Notes: generated by a model from the letters alone, not told the origin. Positions 10,124 to 19,422 are shown, numbered from the stretch's first letter. The stretch is DNA of 64,000 nucleotides from an uncultured Bacillota bacterium (GCA_946617625.1 CAMOKF010000002.1:1354-65353), one strand, 5' to 3'. Numbers and translations: made by a program.

Positions 10124-12118
10124 TTGGGTGAATTAAAAGACGTAAAAGGTATTGGACCTAAATCTCTTTCTTTATTGAATAAAATAGGTATAAATACAAT
10201 AGAAGACTTAGTTACTCATTACCCATTTCGCTATGATATATTAGAAAGAAATAATTTAAGTGAAGTGGAAGATGGTAATAGGATTGTAATAGATGGAAAA
10301 GTAGAAAGTGTTCCTATGCTTATGAGATTTAAAGCAGGACTTAATAAGATGAATTTTAGATTAGTTACTCCTTCTGGAGTAGTAGGTGTATCTATCTTTA
10401 ATAGAGCTTTTCTTAAAAGCCAACTTACAGTTGGTACTGGTATTACTGTTATAGGTAAATACGATAAATTAAAAAATGTAATTACTGCTAGTGATATAAA
10501 GATGGGTGTTTTAACTAATAAAGTTAAAATTGAGCCTGTATATCATTGTACTACTGGATTAACTAATAAAAATTTATCTACATATATTAATATGGCATTA
10601 TTATTATATGGAAAAGATATTAATGATTATATTCCTGATAAGTATATTGATAAGTATCATTTTTTAAATAAAAAGACTTCTTTAAATATTATTCATAATC
10701 CTAGTACTGCTGAAAAATTAAAGGAAGTAAAAATAAGACTTAAATATGAAGAATTCTTTGAATTTATGTTTAAGATTAATTATTTAAAATATCAAAATAA
10801 AAAGGAACGTACTGGATTAACTAGAAATATTGATAGATCTTTAATTGATAAATTTATTGAGACTATTCCTTTTCAATTAACTAATGATCAATTAAAGGCT
10901 GTTGATGATTTAGTTAATGACTTAAATAGTCCTTATCGAATGAATAGGTTATTACAGGGTGATGTTGGTAGTGGAAAAACTATTGTTGCTTTTATAGGTA
11001 TGCTTGCTAATCATTATAGTGGATATCAATCTGCTTTAATGGCTCCAACTGAAATACTTGCTACACAGCATTATAATAATTTAAAAGGTTTTTTAAAGAA
11101 GCAAAAGATTAGAATTGAATTACTTACTGGTTCAACTACTAAGAAAGAAAAACAAGATATTTATAAGGGCCTAAAAGATGGTAGTGTAAGTATGGTTATT
11201 GGTACTCATGCTTTAATTCAAGATGAAGTAGAATATAATAATTTAGGTTTAGTTATTACTGATGAACAACATAGATTTGGAGTTCATCAAAGAGCAAATT
11301 TACAAAATAAGGGTATTAAACCTGACGTTTTATATATGAGTGCTACTCCTATACCTAGAACATATGCATTAACTATTTATGGTGATATGGATGTATCTAT
11401 TATTAAGGAAAGACCTAAAGGAAGACAGAAAATAGATACTTATGTAAAGAAAAATAGTGAAATTAAAGATGTTTTAGAAATGATGTATCAAGAGTTAAAG
11501 AAAAAACATCAAGTTTATGTTATTGCTCCACTAATTGAGGATAGTGAAAATTCTGATTTGACTACTGTTTGTAGATTAAGAGATCAGATGAAACTTGCTT
11601 TTGGAGAACATTATAGAATAGATATTGTTCATGGTAAAATGGCTAGTCAAAGTAAGGATTTAATAATGGAACAATTTAAAAATAATGAAGTACAAATACT
11701 TATTTCTACTACCGTTATTGAAGTTGGAGTAGATGTTCCTAATGCTACTACTATGGTTATTTTTGATGCAGATAGATTTGGTTTATCAACACTACATCAA
11801 TTAAGAGGTAGAGTAGGTAGAGGAACTTCTAAATCACAATGTATATTAATAAGTGATTCTGATACTGCTAGACTTAAAGTAATGGAAACAGTAGATGATG
11901 GATTTATTATAAGTGAAGAAGATTTTAAATTAAGAGGTCATGGAGATTTATTTGGTACCAAACAATCTGGTGATATGTCTTTTAAAATAGCAGATATTAA
12001 AAATGATTATAAAATATTACTTCAAGCAAAGAAAGACTCTGAAGAGTATTTATTAGATAGTACTACTGATTCAGATGAACTTAAGAAAAAATTTATATCT
12101 TCAATTACAAAAGGATAA
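10124..12118 (+). CDS. recG: ATP-dependent DNA helicase RecG
   Basis: GDVGSGKT Walker A, TDEQHRFG (DEQH box), QLRGRVGRG motif VI, N-terminal wedge region. TTG 10124 behind AGGAAGTGG is preferred. The track start 10082 lies upstream of, and its first codons run through, a TGnTATAAT box (10093-10101). Confidence 0.9.
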   Translation: MGELKDVKGIGPKSLSLLNKIGINTIEDLVTHYPFRYDILERNNLSEVEDGNRIVIDGKVESVPMLMRFKAGLNKMNFRLVTPSGVVGVSIFNRAFLKSQLTVGTGITVIGKYDKLKNVITASDIKMGVLTNKVKIEPVYHCTTGLTNKNLSTYINMALLLYGKDINDYIPDKYIDKYHFLNKKTSLNIIHNPSTAEKLKEVKIRLKYEEFFEFMFKINYLKYQNKKERTGLTRNIDRSLIDKFIETIPFQLTNDQLKAVDDLVNDLNSPYRMNRLLQGDVGSGKTIVAFIGMLANHYSGYQSALMAPTEILATQHYNNLKGFLKKQKIRIELLTGSTTKKEKQDIYKGLKDGSVSMVIGTHALIQDEVEYNNLGLVITDEQHRFGVHQRANLQNKGIKPDVLYMSATPIPRTYALTIYGDMDVSIIKERPKGRQKIDTYVKKNSEIKDVLEMMYQELKKKHQVYVIAPLIEDSENSDLTTVCRLRDQMKLAFGEHYRIDIVHGKMASQSKDLIMEQFKNNEVQILISTTVIEVGVDVPNATTMVIFDADRFGLSTLHQLRGRVGRGTSKSQCILISDSDTARLKVMETVDDGFIISEEDFKLRGHGDLFGTKQSGDMSFKIADIKNDYKILLQAKKDSEEYLLDSTTDSDELKKKFISSITKG

Positions 12119-12147
12119 AGTATGATTTTTTTTTCATACTTTTTTTG
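12119..12147 (+). terminator. intrinsic terminator after recG
   Basis: AGTATGA/TCATACT stem plus T-run. Confidence 0.7.
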
Positions 12148-12188
12148 TTGATATATAAAGAGATTAAAATTTATTAATTTTTTAATGA

Positions 12189-12218
12189 TTGACAATAGTA
12201 AAAAAAGATGTATATAAT
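12189..12218 (+). promoter_or_regulatory. sigma-A type promoter of the 12350 leader
   Basis: TTGACA (12189-12194), 18-nt spacer, TATAAT (12213-12218). Confidence 0.65.
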
Positions 12219-12224
12219 TAAGGT

Positions 12225-12349
12225 GCATGATGATAGAAAATATCTCATGCCGATATCTCTCATAATTTAAACTTTGAGAGTATATTCAACCGAACCCCCT
12301 GAAGAGCCAACGGACGTATGTTGGCTCATTTTGTTATAAGGAGATAATT
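12225..12349 (+). promoter_or_regulatory. structured 5' leader with terminator-like hairpin (orphan riboswitch/attenuator candidate)
   Basis: Three hairpins: 12225-35/12241-50, 12257-62/12275-80, and GAGCCAAC/GTTGGCTC 12304-11/12320-27 followed by ATTTTGTT. Locally GC-rich segment CCGAACCCCCTGAAGAGCC. Confidence 0.4.
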
Positions 12350-12658
12350 ATGAAAAAATTGTCTTTACAGAATAAATTATTAATTATTTTTGGCTTTATT
12401 ATAATTTTTATTATTGTTTATATAATTATTAGACCTTCTAATACTGTAGAAAGAGCAACAGAATTGATTATTAATAAACCTTCTAAGGTGTTTAGAGATG
12501 CTGGAATGGAAACTACAGATATTGAATGTAGGCTTATTAATGATGAACATCATTATAAATGTACATTTGGAGTTTATAATGATGGTGAACTTATCACTTA
12601 TAAATATGATGTGTATTTAAATGGATTCAAGAGTGAATATCATTTAGTAGAGGAATAA
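12350..12658 (+). CDS. small membrane-anchored protein, unknown function
   Basis: 102 aa with one N-terminal TM helix (LLIIFGFIIIFIIVYIII). AAGGAG RBS. Preceded by a structured leader. Confidence 0.5.
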   Translation: MKKLSLQNKLLIIFGFIIIFIIVYIIIRPSNTVERATELIINKPSKVFRDAGMETTDIECRLINDEHHYKCTFGVYNDGELITYKYDVYLNGFKSEYHLVEE

Positions 12659-12688
12659 AAAAAAGTAGGTATAAACCTACTTTTTTTA
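12657..12688. terminator. bidirectional terminator between convergent genes
   Basis: AGTAGGT/ACCTACT stem flanked by an A-run and a T-run. Confidence 0.75.
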
Positions 12689-13882
12689 GTCATTTGATAA
12701 GTTGTCAAAGTAACCCTGAATATATACTACAGGTGTTCCTTTGTCACCACTACCACTTGTTAAGTCACATAATGATCCAATTAAATCTGTTAATCTTCTA
12801 GGAGTAGTTCCTTGAGTAATCATTTGTCCTTTTAGATTAATATCTTTATTTCTTATTTCTTCTTTAATAGCTTCTTTTAATTCATTACCTTTTAAATCAG
12901 GGAATTTATTATCTGATACAAATTTTAGTTTAATTTCATTAGGAGTACCATTTAATCCTTCAGTATATGCTGGAGATACTACTGGGTCTGCTAGTTCCCA
13001 TATTTTTCCTACTGGATCTTTGAATGCTCCATCTCCATATACCATTACTTCTATTGTTTTACCAGTTAATTCTTTAAATCTTCTTTGAATGTTTTCTACT
13101 AATTTTTGTCCTGTTTGAGGAAATAATTTTAATCTTTCTTCTGTGGATTTATTTGATCCTAGAAGACCATATTTTTCATTATATCCGCTATTATTAACTG
13201 GTTTATTTAGTATTTCATATAAACCAATAACATTAGCATTATTATCACTTAATAGTTTCTTTGTTTTATATCTTGTATGAATGTCACAATTAATAACGTT
13301 ATTAGTATATTTTAAAATATCTAATGCATTATTAGATAAAATAAATATAGGTTCACATCCTTGTTCTTTTATTAACTCTCGATAGAAGTCTATCATGTTT
13401 ATTCCTGTAAATGGATGTATCCAAGTTCCAAATGTCTTTTTATATTCTTCTTCTGTAATTACACTTCCTAAATTATAATTACTATTATCAAAAATATCTT
13501 CATCTAATATTCCATTTCCAACTTCATCAGATGGGAAAGATAGTAGTACATATAATTTTTTTGTACTTCTAGCAATTCCTTTTAATATAAGAGAAAATCT
13601 ATTTCTACTTAGAATTGGAAATACTATTCCTAAATCTTCTGGACTATTTAGTTTATTCTTTATATCTTGTGCAATATCATCTACAGTTGCATAATTTCCT
13701 TCACTTATTCCTACAACTGCTTCAGTAATAGCAATAATATCTTTATCTTTGAAGTTAAATCCTTCCTCTTGTTTTGCTTCCATTACTGAGTTTATTACTA
13801 TGTCTTCTAGATTGTCATTTTCTTTAATTATTGGTGTACGTATTCCACGTACTACTGTTCCGACTGTTCTCAAAATTACCAT
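12686..13882 (-). CDS. F420-0:gamma-glutamyl ligase (CofE)-like family protein
   Basis: From Met51 of the track ORF: MVILRTVGTVVRGIRTPIIKENDNL..IAITEAVVGISEGN resembles the CofE-like family. AAAGGA RBS before ATG 13882. The longer track ORF would overlap the divergent gene. Confidence 0.65.
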   Translation of the reverse strand: MVILRTVGTVVRGIRTPIIKENDNLEDIVINSVMEAKQEEGFNFKDKDIIAITEAVVGISEGNYATVDDIAQDIKNKLNSPEDLGIVFPILSRNRFSLILKGIARSTKKLYVLLSFPSDEVGNGILDEDIFDNSNYNLGSVITEEEYKKTFGTWIHPFTGINMIDFYRELIKEQGCEPIFILSNNALDILKYTNNVINCDIHTRYKTKKLLSDNNANVIGLYEILNKPVNNSGYNEKYGLLGSNKSTEERLKLFPQTGQKLVENIQRRFKELTGKTIEVMVYGDGAFKDPVGKIWELADPVVSPAYTEGLNGTPNEIKLKFVSDNKFPDLKGNELKEAIKEEIRNKDINLKGQMITQGTTPRRLTDLIGSLCDLTSGSGDKGTPVVYIQGYFDNLSND

Positions 13883-13976
13883 CCTTTCATAATATAATTT
13901 TAGCAGATTATTGTTTTTATGAAAATAATTTATAATAATTTTAATAAATGATATACTTAATATGGTGGTGATTAGT

Positions 13977-15212
13977 ATGCAGGACAATGATTGGTATAAA
14001 CTCGATAATGTAGGTAAATTTTTTGCAGCCACTGCAACTAATACTATTCCTAATGTTTTTAGATTTTCTGTTGTCTTAACAGAGAAGATAGATAAATTGA
14101 TTTTACAACAAGCTTTATATAATACTATTGAGATATTCCCTAATTTTAATGTTAATTTAAAAAAAGGATTTTTTTGGTATTATTTAGAAGAAACTAAATT
14201 GATACCTAATGTACATTTAGAAACATTACCTATATGTTATAAACTTTATAATGATTCAGATGATTATTTATATAGAGTTAGTTATTATAATAATATTATT
14301 AATTTAGAGGTTTCTCATATATTATCTGATGGTAGAGGTAGTTGTGAATTTTTTAAGACTTTAATAAGTTATTATTTAAAAATAAAGTATAAAATTAAAA
14401 TTAGTATTTCGACAATAAGTTCTAAGATAGAAAAATCAGAAGATAGTTTTGATAAATATTATAATAAAGGTCTTACTTCTAAGAGTCTTAATAAAAAGAT
14501 ATACTTGTATAAGGGTAAAAAGAATTATAAAAATAATGTTAGATTTATGGATATGCATTTAGATGTATCTAAAGTCTTGGAATTATCTCATAAATATAAT
14601 TGTACTTTAACTGAATTTTTAGTTTCTGTACTTATTTATTCTATTAGAGATGAAATAAGTGTTAAAGATATTGATAAATATATAAAAATAGATATTCCAG
14701 TTGATTTGAGAGCTTATTTTCAATCTTTAAGTTGTAGAAATTTCTTTGGACTTGCTTTTATCTATTATAAGTTTAAAAGTAAAAATGATTCTTTAGAAGA
14801 AATAGTAGAGGAAGTAAAAAAACAATTTAAAGAAAATATTAATCAAGAAAAACTTGCAGAAAGAGTTAATAAAATGATGTCTTTTGAAAAAAATGTTTTT
14901 TGTAGATTTGTACCTATAGGTATAAAGAATATAGTTATTAAAATGGCCGATAAATATTCTCAACAAAAAGGAACTACTTCTACTTTATCAAATATTGGAA
15001 TTATTAAACTAAATAGTAAACTGGATAAGTATATTAAATATATAAATGTATTAAATTCTACTAGTAGTTTTCAATTTGTAATTTGTTCTTATAAAAATGA
15101 TTTGTCTATAGGTATATCAACTGTATATAAACATAATAATATTATTAAGAATTTTTGTAGATATTTTTCAAATTATACAGATGTGGTTATTAATGTTAGT
15201 GAGGTTAAATAA
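13977..15212 (+). CDS. HxxxDG acyltransferase (condensation/alcohol acetyltransferase-like)
   Basis: VSHILSDGRGS matches the HxxxDG active-site motif of the condensation / alcohol acetyltransferase superfamily. ATG 13977 behind GGTGGTG; 13962 is also possible. Confidence 0.55.
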   Translation: MQDNDWYKLDNVGKFFAATATNTIPNVFRFSVVLTEKIDKLILQQALYNTIEIFPNFNVNLKKGFFWYYLEETKLIPNVHLETLPICYKLYNDSDDYLYRVSYYNNIINLEVSHILSDGRGSCEFFKTLISYYLKIKYKIKISISTISSKIEKSEDSFDKYYNKGLTSKSLNKKIYLYKGKKNYKNNVRFMDMHLDVSKVLELSHKYNCTLTEFLVSVLIYSIRDEISVKDIDKYIKIDIPVDLRAYFQSLSCRNFFGLAFIYYKFKSKNDSLEEIVEEVKKQFKENINQEKLAERVNKMMSFEKNVFCRFVPIGIKNIVIKMADKYSQQKGTTSTLSNIGIIKLNSKLDKYIKYINVLNSTSSFQFVICSYKNDLSIGISTVYKHNNIIKNFCRYFSNYTDVVINVSEVK

Positions 15213-15868
15213 TGAAGAAGTGTGTTAGTTGTAATATACAATTTAATACTAAGGATAAGTATTGTCCTCTTTGTAATAATAAACTAGAAGGTAAATATAA
15301 AGATAATATTTATCCAGTTAATATTAGAAAGAATAAAAGTAATTTAATATTAAAAGTAATACTATTTATATCTGTTGTAATAGCAGTAATATCTGTATTT
15401 GTTGAATACCATAATCTTAAAAAGATCGAGATTAGTCTTTATATCATTCTTATTTTATTAACTAATATTTGTGTTATTAAATATATTTTTAGTAGTTATA
15501 AAAATATTATTAAATTATTTGGAAGATATGGTTTTATTATTGATGTATTATTACTTATATGGTTTTATTTTACCAGAGCTTATGTAATTACTAATATAAT
15601 AATACCTTTTGTAGCAATAGTAGAGTTAATATTTAATTTTATTGTGGGTATTGCTTTAAGAGATAGTTATTTTACTAGATATTCTGACTTGATAGTATTG
15701 AATCTATTAATCTCTATTTTACCTTGTATATTAGTATTACTTGGACTGACTACTTATAATTTAGTTTCTTGGATTTGTTTTTTAATTTCAATAATTATTA
15801 TTTCATTTTTATTTATATTCTTTTATAGAGAAACTAGAGATACTATTTATAAAAAATTAAATTTCTAA
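15212..15868 (+). CDS. zinc-ribbon polytopic membrane protein
   Basis: N-terminal CxxC..CPLC zinc ribbon (CVSCNIQ..CPLCNN) followed by about 5 TM helices. TAATG overlap with the preceding acyltransferase gene. Confidence 0.6.
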   Translation: MKKCVSCNIQFNTKDKYCPLCNNKLEGKYKDNIYPVNIRKNKSNLILKVILFISVVIAVISVFVEYHNLKKIEISLYIILILLTNICVIKYIFSSYKNIIKLFGRYGFIIDVLLLIWFYFTRAYVITNIIIPFVAIVELIFNFIVGIALRDSYFTRYSDLIVLNLLISILPCILVLLGLTTYNLVSWICFLISIIIISFLFIFFYRETRDTIYKKLNF

Positions 15869-15900
15869 AAAAAGTAGACTTATGTCTACTTTTAATTTTT
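15867..15900. terminator. bidirectional terminator between convergent genes
   Basis: AGTAGAC/GTCTACT stem flanked by an A-run and a T-rich tail. Confidence 0.7.
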
Positions 15901-17139
15901 TTGTATACTATTTAAATTGTCATTTGCTATATTTACTGATATTTTTGAACTATCTCTTTTCTTTACTGATAATTCTTGTTTATCTCCTAAATAACTAAAT
16001 ACATGTTCTACATATTTAGAGTCACCTGCATTAATATGTGATCTATATTTTAACCATTTATTGTTTGTTGGGTTATTTTTCATTGTACTTACTTGGATAT
16101 TTTCTAAACTACTACAACTATTTAATACTTTACTCATATTTCCTGGACCCATATTATATGTTTGGATTGCTAGTGGAATATTATAGTTAGCATTTTCTAT
16201 ATATCCTCTAAGTATCATAGTTCCTATTTTTATGTTTGTATCTACATCATTTAATTTATCTTGTGTTACTTGTACTGTTTCTACTTTTCCTGTTTCAAAA
16301 TTATATGCTGATACTGAGTGTCCTATATGAACTGCTTTTTCTATTTGCATTATTCCAGCTGCTGGTTTTGTATCTCTTAGGTTATTATAATGTTCTCCTG
16401 AACTTTCTTGAGCTGCCATTGCTATAAGTAAATCTTTATCTACACCATATCTATTAGCATATTTTTCAAATATATCTTCATATCTTTTTGCTTGTTTAAC
16501 ATTAGTAGATGCTGATCTATCTTCATAGGAGTAGTGAAATGCATCCTTTTGTAACATTGATTCTATTTGAGCTTGTTTTTCTTCTTTAACTTCTTTCTTT
16601 TCTCCTTGAACTGCTATTTCTTGTTTAACTTCTTTTGCTTCTTCTTTTTGTTCTTCTTCTTTATTAGTAATCTCATCTACATATTCATCTAAATCTATAT
16701 CTTCTGTAGTAGTTATATTTGTTGAATCTATATTTTGAGATGTTGAAGTTTTAGTAGTAATTTCTTCTTCTGAATAAGCTAAACTAGTATTCTTTTTATT
16801 ACTCATTCCATTTACAGCAATTATTGCTAGTATGGTTGCAGCTATTACAGCTTTTCCTAAAGTTTTATTTTTACGTGATACTTTCATATTATTAGTTATA
16901 TTACCTAATACTTTAAGCCTTTGTTTTCTTCTCATATATTTATCAAAGTCTTTAGTAATATCTTGTGCATATCTTGTTAGTGTTCCTTCACTTTGTATGT
17001 TATATCCATAATCTTGAGCTATTTCTAATAATTTTAATATATTTTTTTCTTGCTTTATTCTTTTATATTTACCATCTTTATGTATTTCTGCTGTAAATTT
17101 ACCTTCATTATCAAAATAAAAATTTATATAGTTTTTCAT
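15892..17139 (-). CDS. lytic transglycosylase (SLT domain) with membrane anchor and Glu/Lys-rich linker
   Basis: AMAAQESSGEHY (catalytic Glu-Ser), AGIMQIEKA and AIQTYNMGPGN motifs. TM helix AVIAATILAIIAV. AGGAGG RBS. Confidence 0.7.
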   Translation of the reverse strand: MKNYINFYFDNEGKFTAEIHKDGKYKRIKQEKNILKLLEIAQDYGYNIQSEGTLTRYAQDITKDFDKYMRRKQRLKVLGNITNNMKVSRKNKTLGKAVIAATILAIIAVNGMSNKKNTSLAYSEEEITTKTSTSQNIDSTNITTTEDIDLDEYVDEITNKEEEQKEEAKEVKQEIAVQGEKKEVKEEKQAQIESMLQKDAFHYSYEDRSASTNVKQAKRYEDIFEKYANRYGVDKDLLIAMAAQESSGEHYNNLRDTKPAAGIMQIEKAVHIGHSVSAYNFETGKVETVQVTQDKLNDVDTNIKIGTMILRGYIENANYNIPLAIQTYNMGPGNMSKVLNSCSSLENIQVSTMKNNPTNNKWLKYRSHINAGDSKYVEHVFSYLGDKQELSVKKRDSSKISVNIANDNLNSIQKN

Positions 17140-17284
17140 AGAACCTCCTATTATTTATACCTTTATTATTTTAATTATAGCATATTTATTATTTTTAAAT
17201 AAAAATATGTAAAGTTATTGTACTAATCTTTTATTTAAAAAAAAATTATAATATACTTTAAGTATAGGATATGGAGTGGTTCAC

Positions 17285-17349
17285 ATGAATAAATTTGTAT
17301 CTGTTAAAATAGTGATTAGATAACATGTTTTGGTGTGTTATCTTTTTTT
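17285..17349 (+). promoter_or_regulatory. leader uORF (12 codons) plus intrinsic-terminator-like hairpin upstream of the metallophosphoesterase pair
   Basis: GGAGTGG RBS, then ATG 17285..TAA 17323 encoding MNKFVSVKIVIR. The stop codon lies inside stem AGATAACA (17318-25), which pairs with TGTTATCT (17336-43) and is followed by a T-run; 13 nt separate the T-run from ATG 17363. Confidence 0.4.
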
Positions 17350-17362
17350 GTGGGAGAGGTAT

Positions 17363-18361
17363 ATGGAAAAAAAAGATGAGTTAAGAGAAAAACTTCTTGA
17401 GTTAATAAAGAAAGAAAGTAGTCTTGAAAAAGTATGTGAAATGCTTGAACTAAATGAATATGAAGCATTGGCTTTGGTCAAGTATATTCAAGATAGTGGT
17501 ATAAATATTGTTGTTAATGCTCGAGATGATGATATTTATATGATTAATAGAGGGGATTTTGAATTAGAAGATAATAAGCCTTATGAATTCCATACTGATA
17601 AGAATAATGAGTTTAAGTTCGTTGCTATAGCTGATACTCGTTTTGGATCTAAGTATCAACAATTATCTATTCTTAATGATATTTATGAGAAAGCTGATGA
17701 ATTAGGATATAAAAATGTGTTCTTGTGTGGAAATATTTCAAATGGATTATATGATATTTCTAATATGTATAGTGAAACCTCTTTCTTAGATGATACTCAA
17801 AGACAAATTGATTATATTCTAGAGAATTATCCTAAAATTGATGGAATGAAAACATACTTAGTAAATGGTAAAACTGATTCTAAGCATTTAAAGAAAAATA
17901 TTACTTCTATAGGTAAAAAGTTAGCTGAAGGAAGAGATGATTTTGTATATCTTGGAAATTTATCAGCTAATGTTAAGATTGATAATGTAAATATGCAAAT
18001 ATTGGCACCAAATTTGAGTAAGACTTATACAGTTTCTTATAGGCCTCAACAACAAATAGATTCATATCGTAGTGAAGATAAACCTGATATTTTACTAATG
18101 GGTGGATATTTACAAATGGAAAAATTTACATACCGAGGTGTAACTGAAATATCAGTTCCATCTGTATGTGCTACTACTCCTAAAATGAATGATAGACGTT
18201 ATTCTAATACAGTAGGTGCTTGGTATGTAACTGTTGAGACTGATTTAAAGGGTAATTTACTGAGTGTTAATGCTATGAGTTCTCCTTATTATCTTACAAA
18301 GAAAGATGATTATAAGACTGCTAAGGTTTTAAAGAAAGGAGTTGTTCGTAATGACAAGTAA
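17363..18361 (+). CDS. metallophosphoesterase paralog with degenerate catalytic motifs and extra ~90-aa N-terminal region
   Basis: Collinear with the next gene, but the metal-ligand motifs are replaced: ADTRFGS (vs SDTHFGS), CGNISNG (vs GDMVDGN), VNGKTDSKH (vs LGSHDETH), MGGYLQ (vs IGHYH). ATG 17363 sits behind GGGAGAGG. Confidence 0.6.
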   Translation: MEKKDELREKLLELIKKESSLEKVCEMLELNEYEALALVKYIQDSGINIVVNARDDDIYMINRGDFELEDNKPYEFHTDKNNEFKFVAIADTRFGSKYQQLSILNDIYEKADELGYKNVFLCGNISNGLYDISNMYSETSFLDDTQRQIDYILENYPKIDGMKTYLVNGKTDSKHLKKNITSIGKKLAEGRDDFVYLGNLSANVKIDNVNMQILAPNLSKTYTVSYRPQQQIDSYRSEDKPDILLMGGYLQMEKFTYRGVTEISVPSVCATTPKMNDRRYSNTVGAWYVTVETDLKGNLLSVNAMSSPYYLTKKDDYKTAKVLKKGVVRNDK

Positions 18362-19355
18362 ATTAAGTTTGGAGCACACTAATAAATTATTTCGTTATAT
18401 GAAAGATGGAAGTAGTGTTGAAGAATTCTTATATAGATTTGATCTTTCTAGAAAAGAATTAGATGGTGTTTTAATGGCTTGTAGAATCTATGGAAAAGAA
18501 ATAGATATTATAAAACAAGGCGATAAAGAAGTGTTTGAGCGTATTCCTGTTAAAAAGTATTCTTTAAAGAAGATGAGTCCTCTTGATGGTAAAATGATTC
18601 ATAATCAAATATGTGTAGTATCTGATACACATTTTGGTAGTATTCATAATCAATTACATTTATTAAATAGAGTTTATGAAGAATGTGATAAAAGAGGAAT
18701 AAAAATAGTTTTACATGTTGGAGATATGGTAGATGGTAATTATCCAAATAGACCAGAAAACCCTAGACAACAATTTTTACATGGCTTTGATGAACAAGCT
18801 AGATATGTATGTGATATGTATCCACAAGTAGATGGTATTACAACTTATTATATTTTAGGTAGTCATGATGAGACTCATTATAAAAATGGACAATCAACAC
18901 TTAGTGAATGGATTCCTAGATGTAGAAAAGATATGAAATATATTGGTCAAGATTGTGGAGAGTTTAATCTTGATGGAGTAAAAATATTTATGGATCACCC
19001 TGGTGGAGGAAGTGCTGCATCTTTATCATATAAACCACAAAAAAGAATTGAATTATTAGAATCACAACATAAACCTAAAATACTATTAATTGGTCATTAT
19101 CACAAAAGTTATGCTTTTTCTTATAGAAATGTTCAATGTGTATTAGTTCCAGCATTATGTGATAAAACACAGTTTCAACAAAAACAAGGATTAAGTAATG
19201 CTTTAGGAGCATACTTCTTAGATATTTATTCTGATAAAAAAGGTAATATACAGTATTTTACACCAGAAGAAATATTATTTAAAAAAGAAGATATTTGGGA
19301 TGAAGTTGGTAAAGATAAAGCAAAAGTTAAGCAATTAGTAATAAAAAAAAGATAA
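18351..19355 (+). CDS. calcineurin-like metallophosphoesterase with extra ~90-aa N-terminal region
   Basis: Full motif set: VVSDTHFG (DxH), VGDMVDGN (GDxxD), LGSHDETH (GNHD/E-like), MDHPGGG, LIGHYHKS (GHxH). ATG 18351 behind AAGGAG, overlapping the upstream gene by 11 nt. Confidence 0.75.
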   Translation: MTSKLSLEHTNKLFRYMKDGSSVEEFLYRFDLSRKELDGVLMACRIYGKEIDIIKQGDKEVFERIPVKKYSLKKMSPLDGKMIHNQICVVSDTHFGSIHNQLHLLNRVYEECDKRGIKIVLHVGDMVDGNYPNRPENPRQQFLHGFDEQARYVCDMYPQVDGITTYYILGSHDETHYKNGQSTLSEWIPRCRKDMKYIGQDCGEFNLDGVKIFMDHPGGGSAASLSYKPQKRIELLESQHKPKILLIGHYHKSYAFSYRNVQCVLVPALCDKTQFQQKQGLSNALGAYFLDIYSDKKGNIQYFTPEEILFKKEDIWDEVGKDKAKVKQLVIKKR

Positions 19356-19383
19356 TAACTCTAAATAATTAGAGTTATTTTTA
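19354..19383 (+). terminator. intrinsic terminator after the metallophosphoesterase pair
   Basis: AATAACTCTAA/TTAGAGTTATT stem plus T-run. Confidence 0.75.
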
Positions 19384-19422
19384 TGTTATAATTATTTAAG
19401 TTGAAGATGGGAGTGTGGTAGA

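Noticed and set aside
12686-14032. Full 448-aa extent of the minus-strand ORF
   Set aside because: The first 50 codons (MAAKNLPTLSS...) overlap the divergent acyltransferase gene and its promoter region. The family-typical N-terminus (MVILRTVGTVVRGIRTP) starts at Met51 behind an AAAGGA RBS. I trimmed the gene to 12686..13882.
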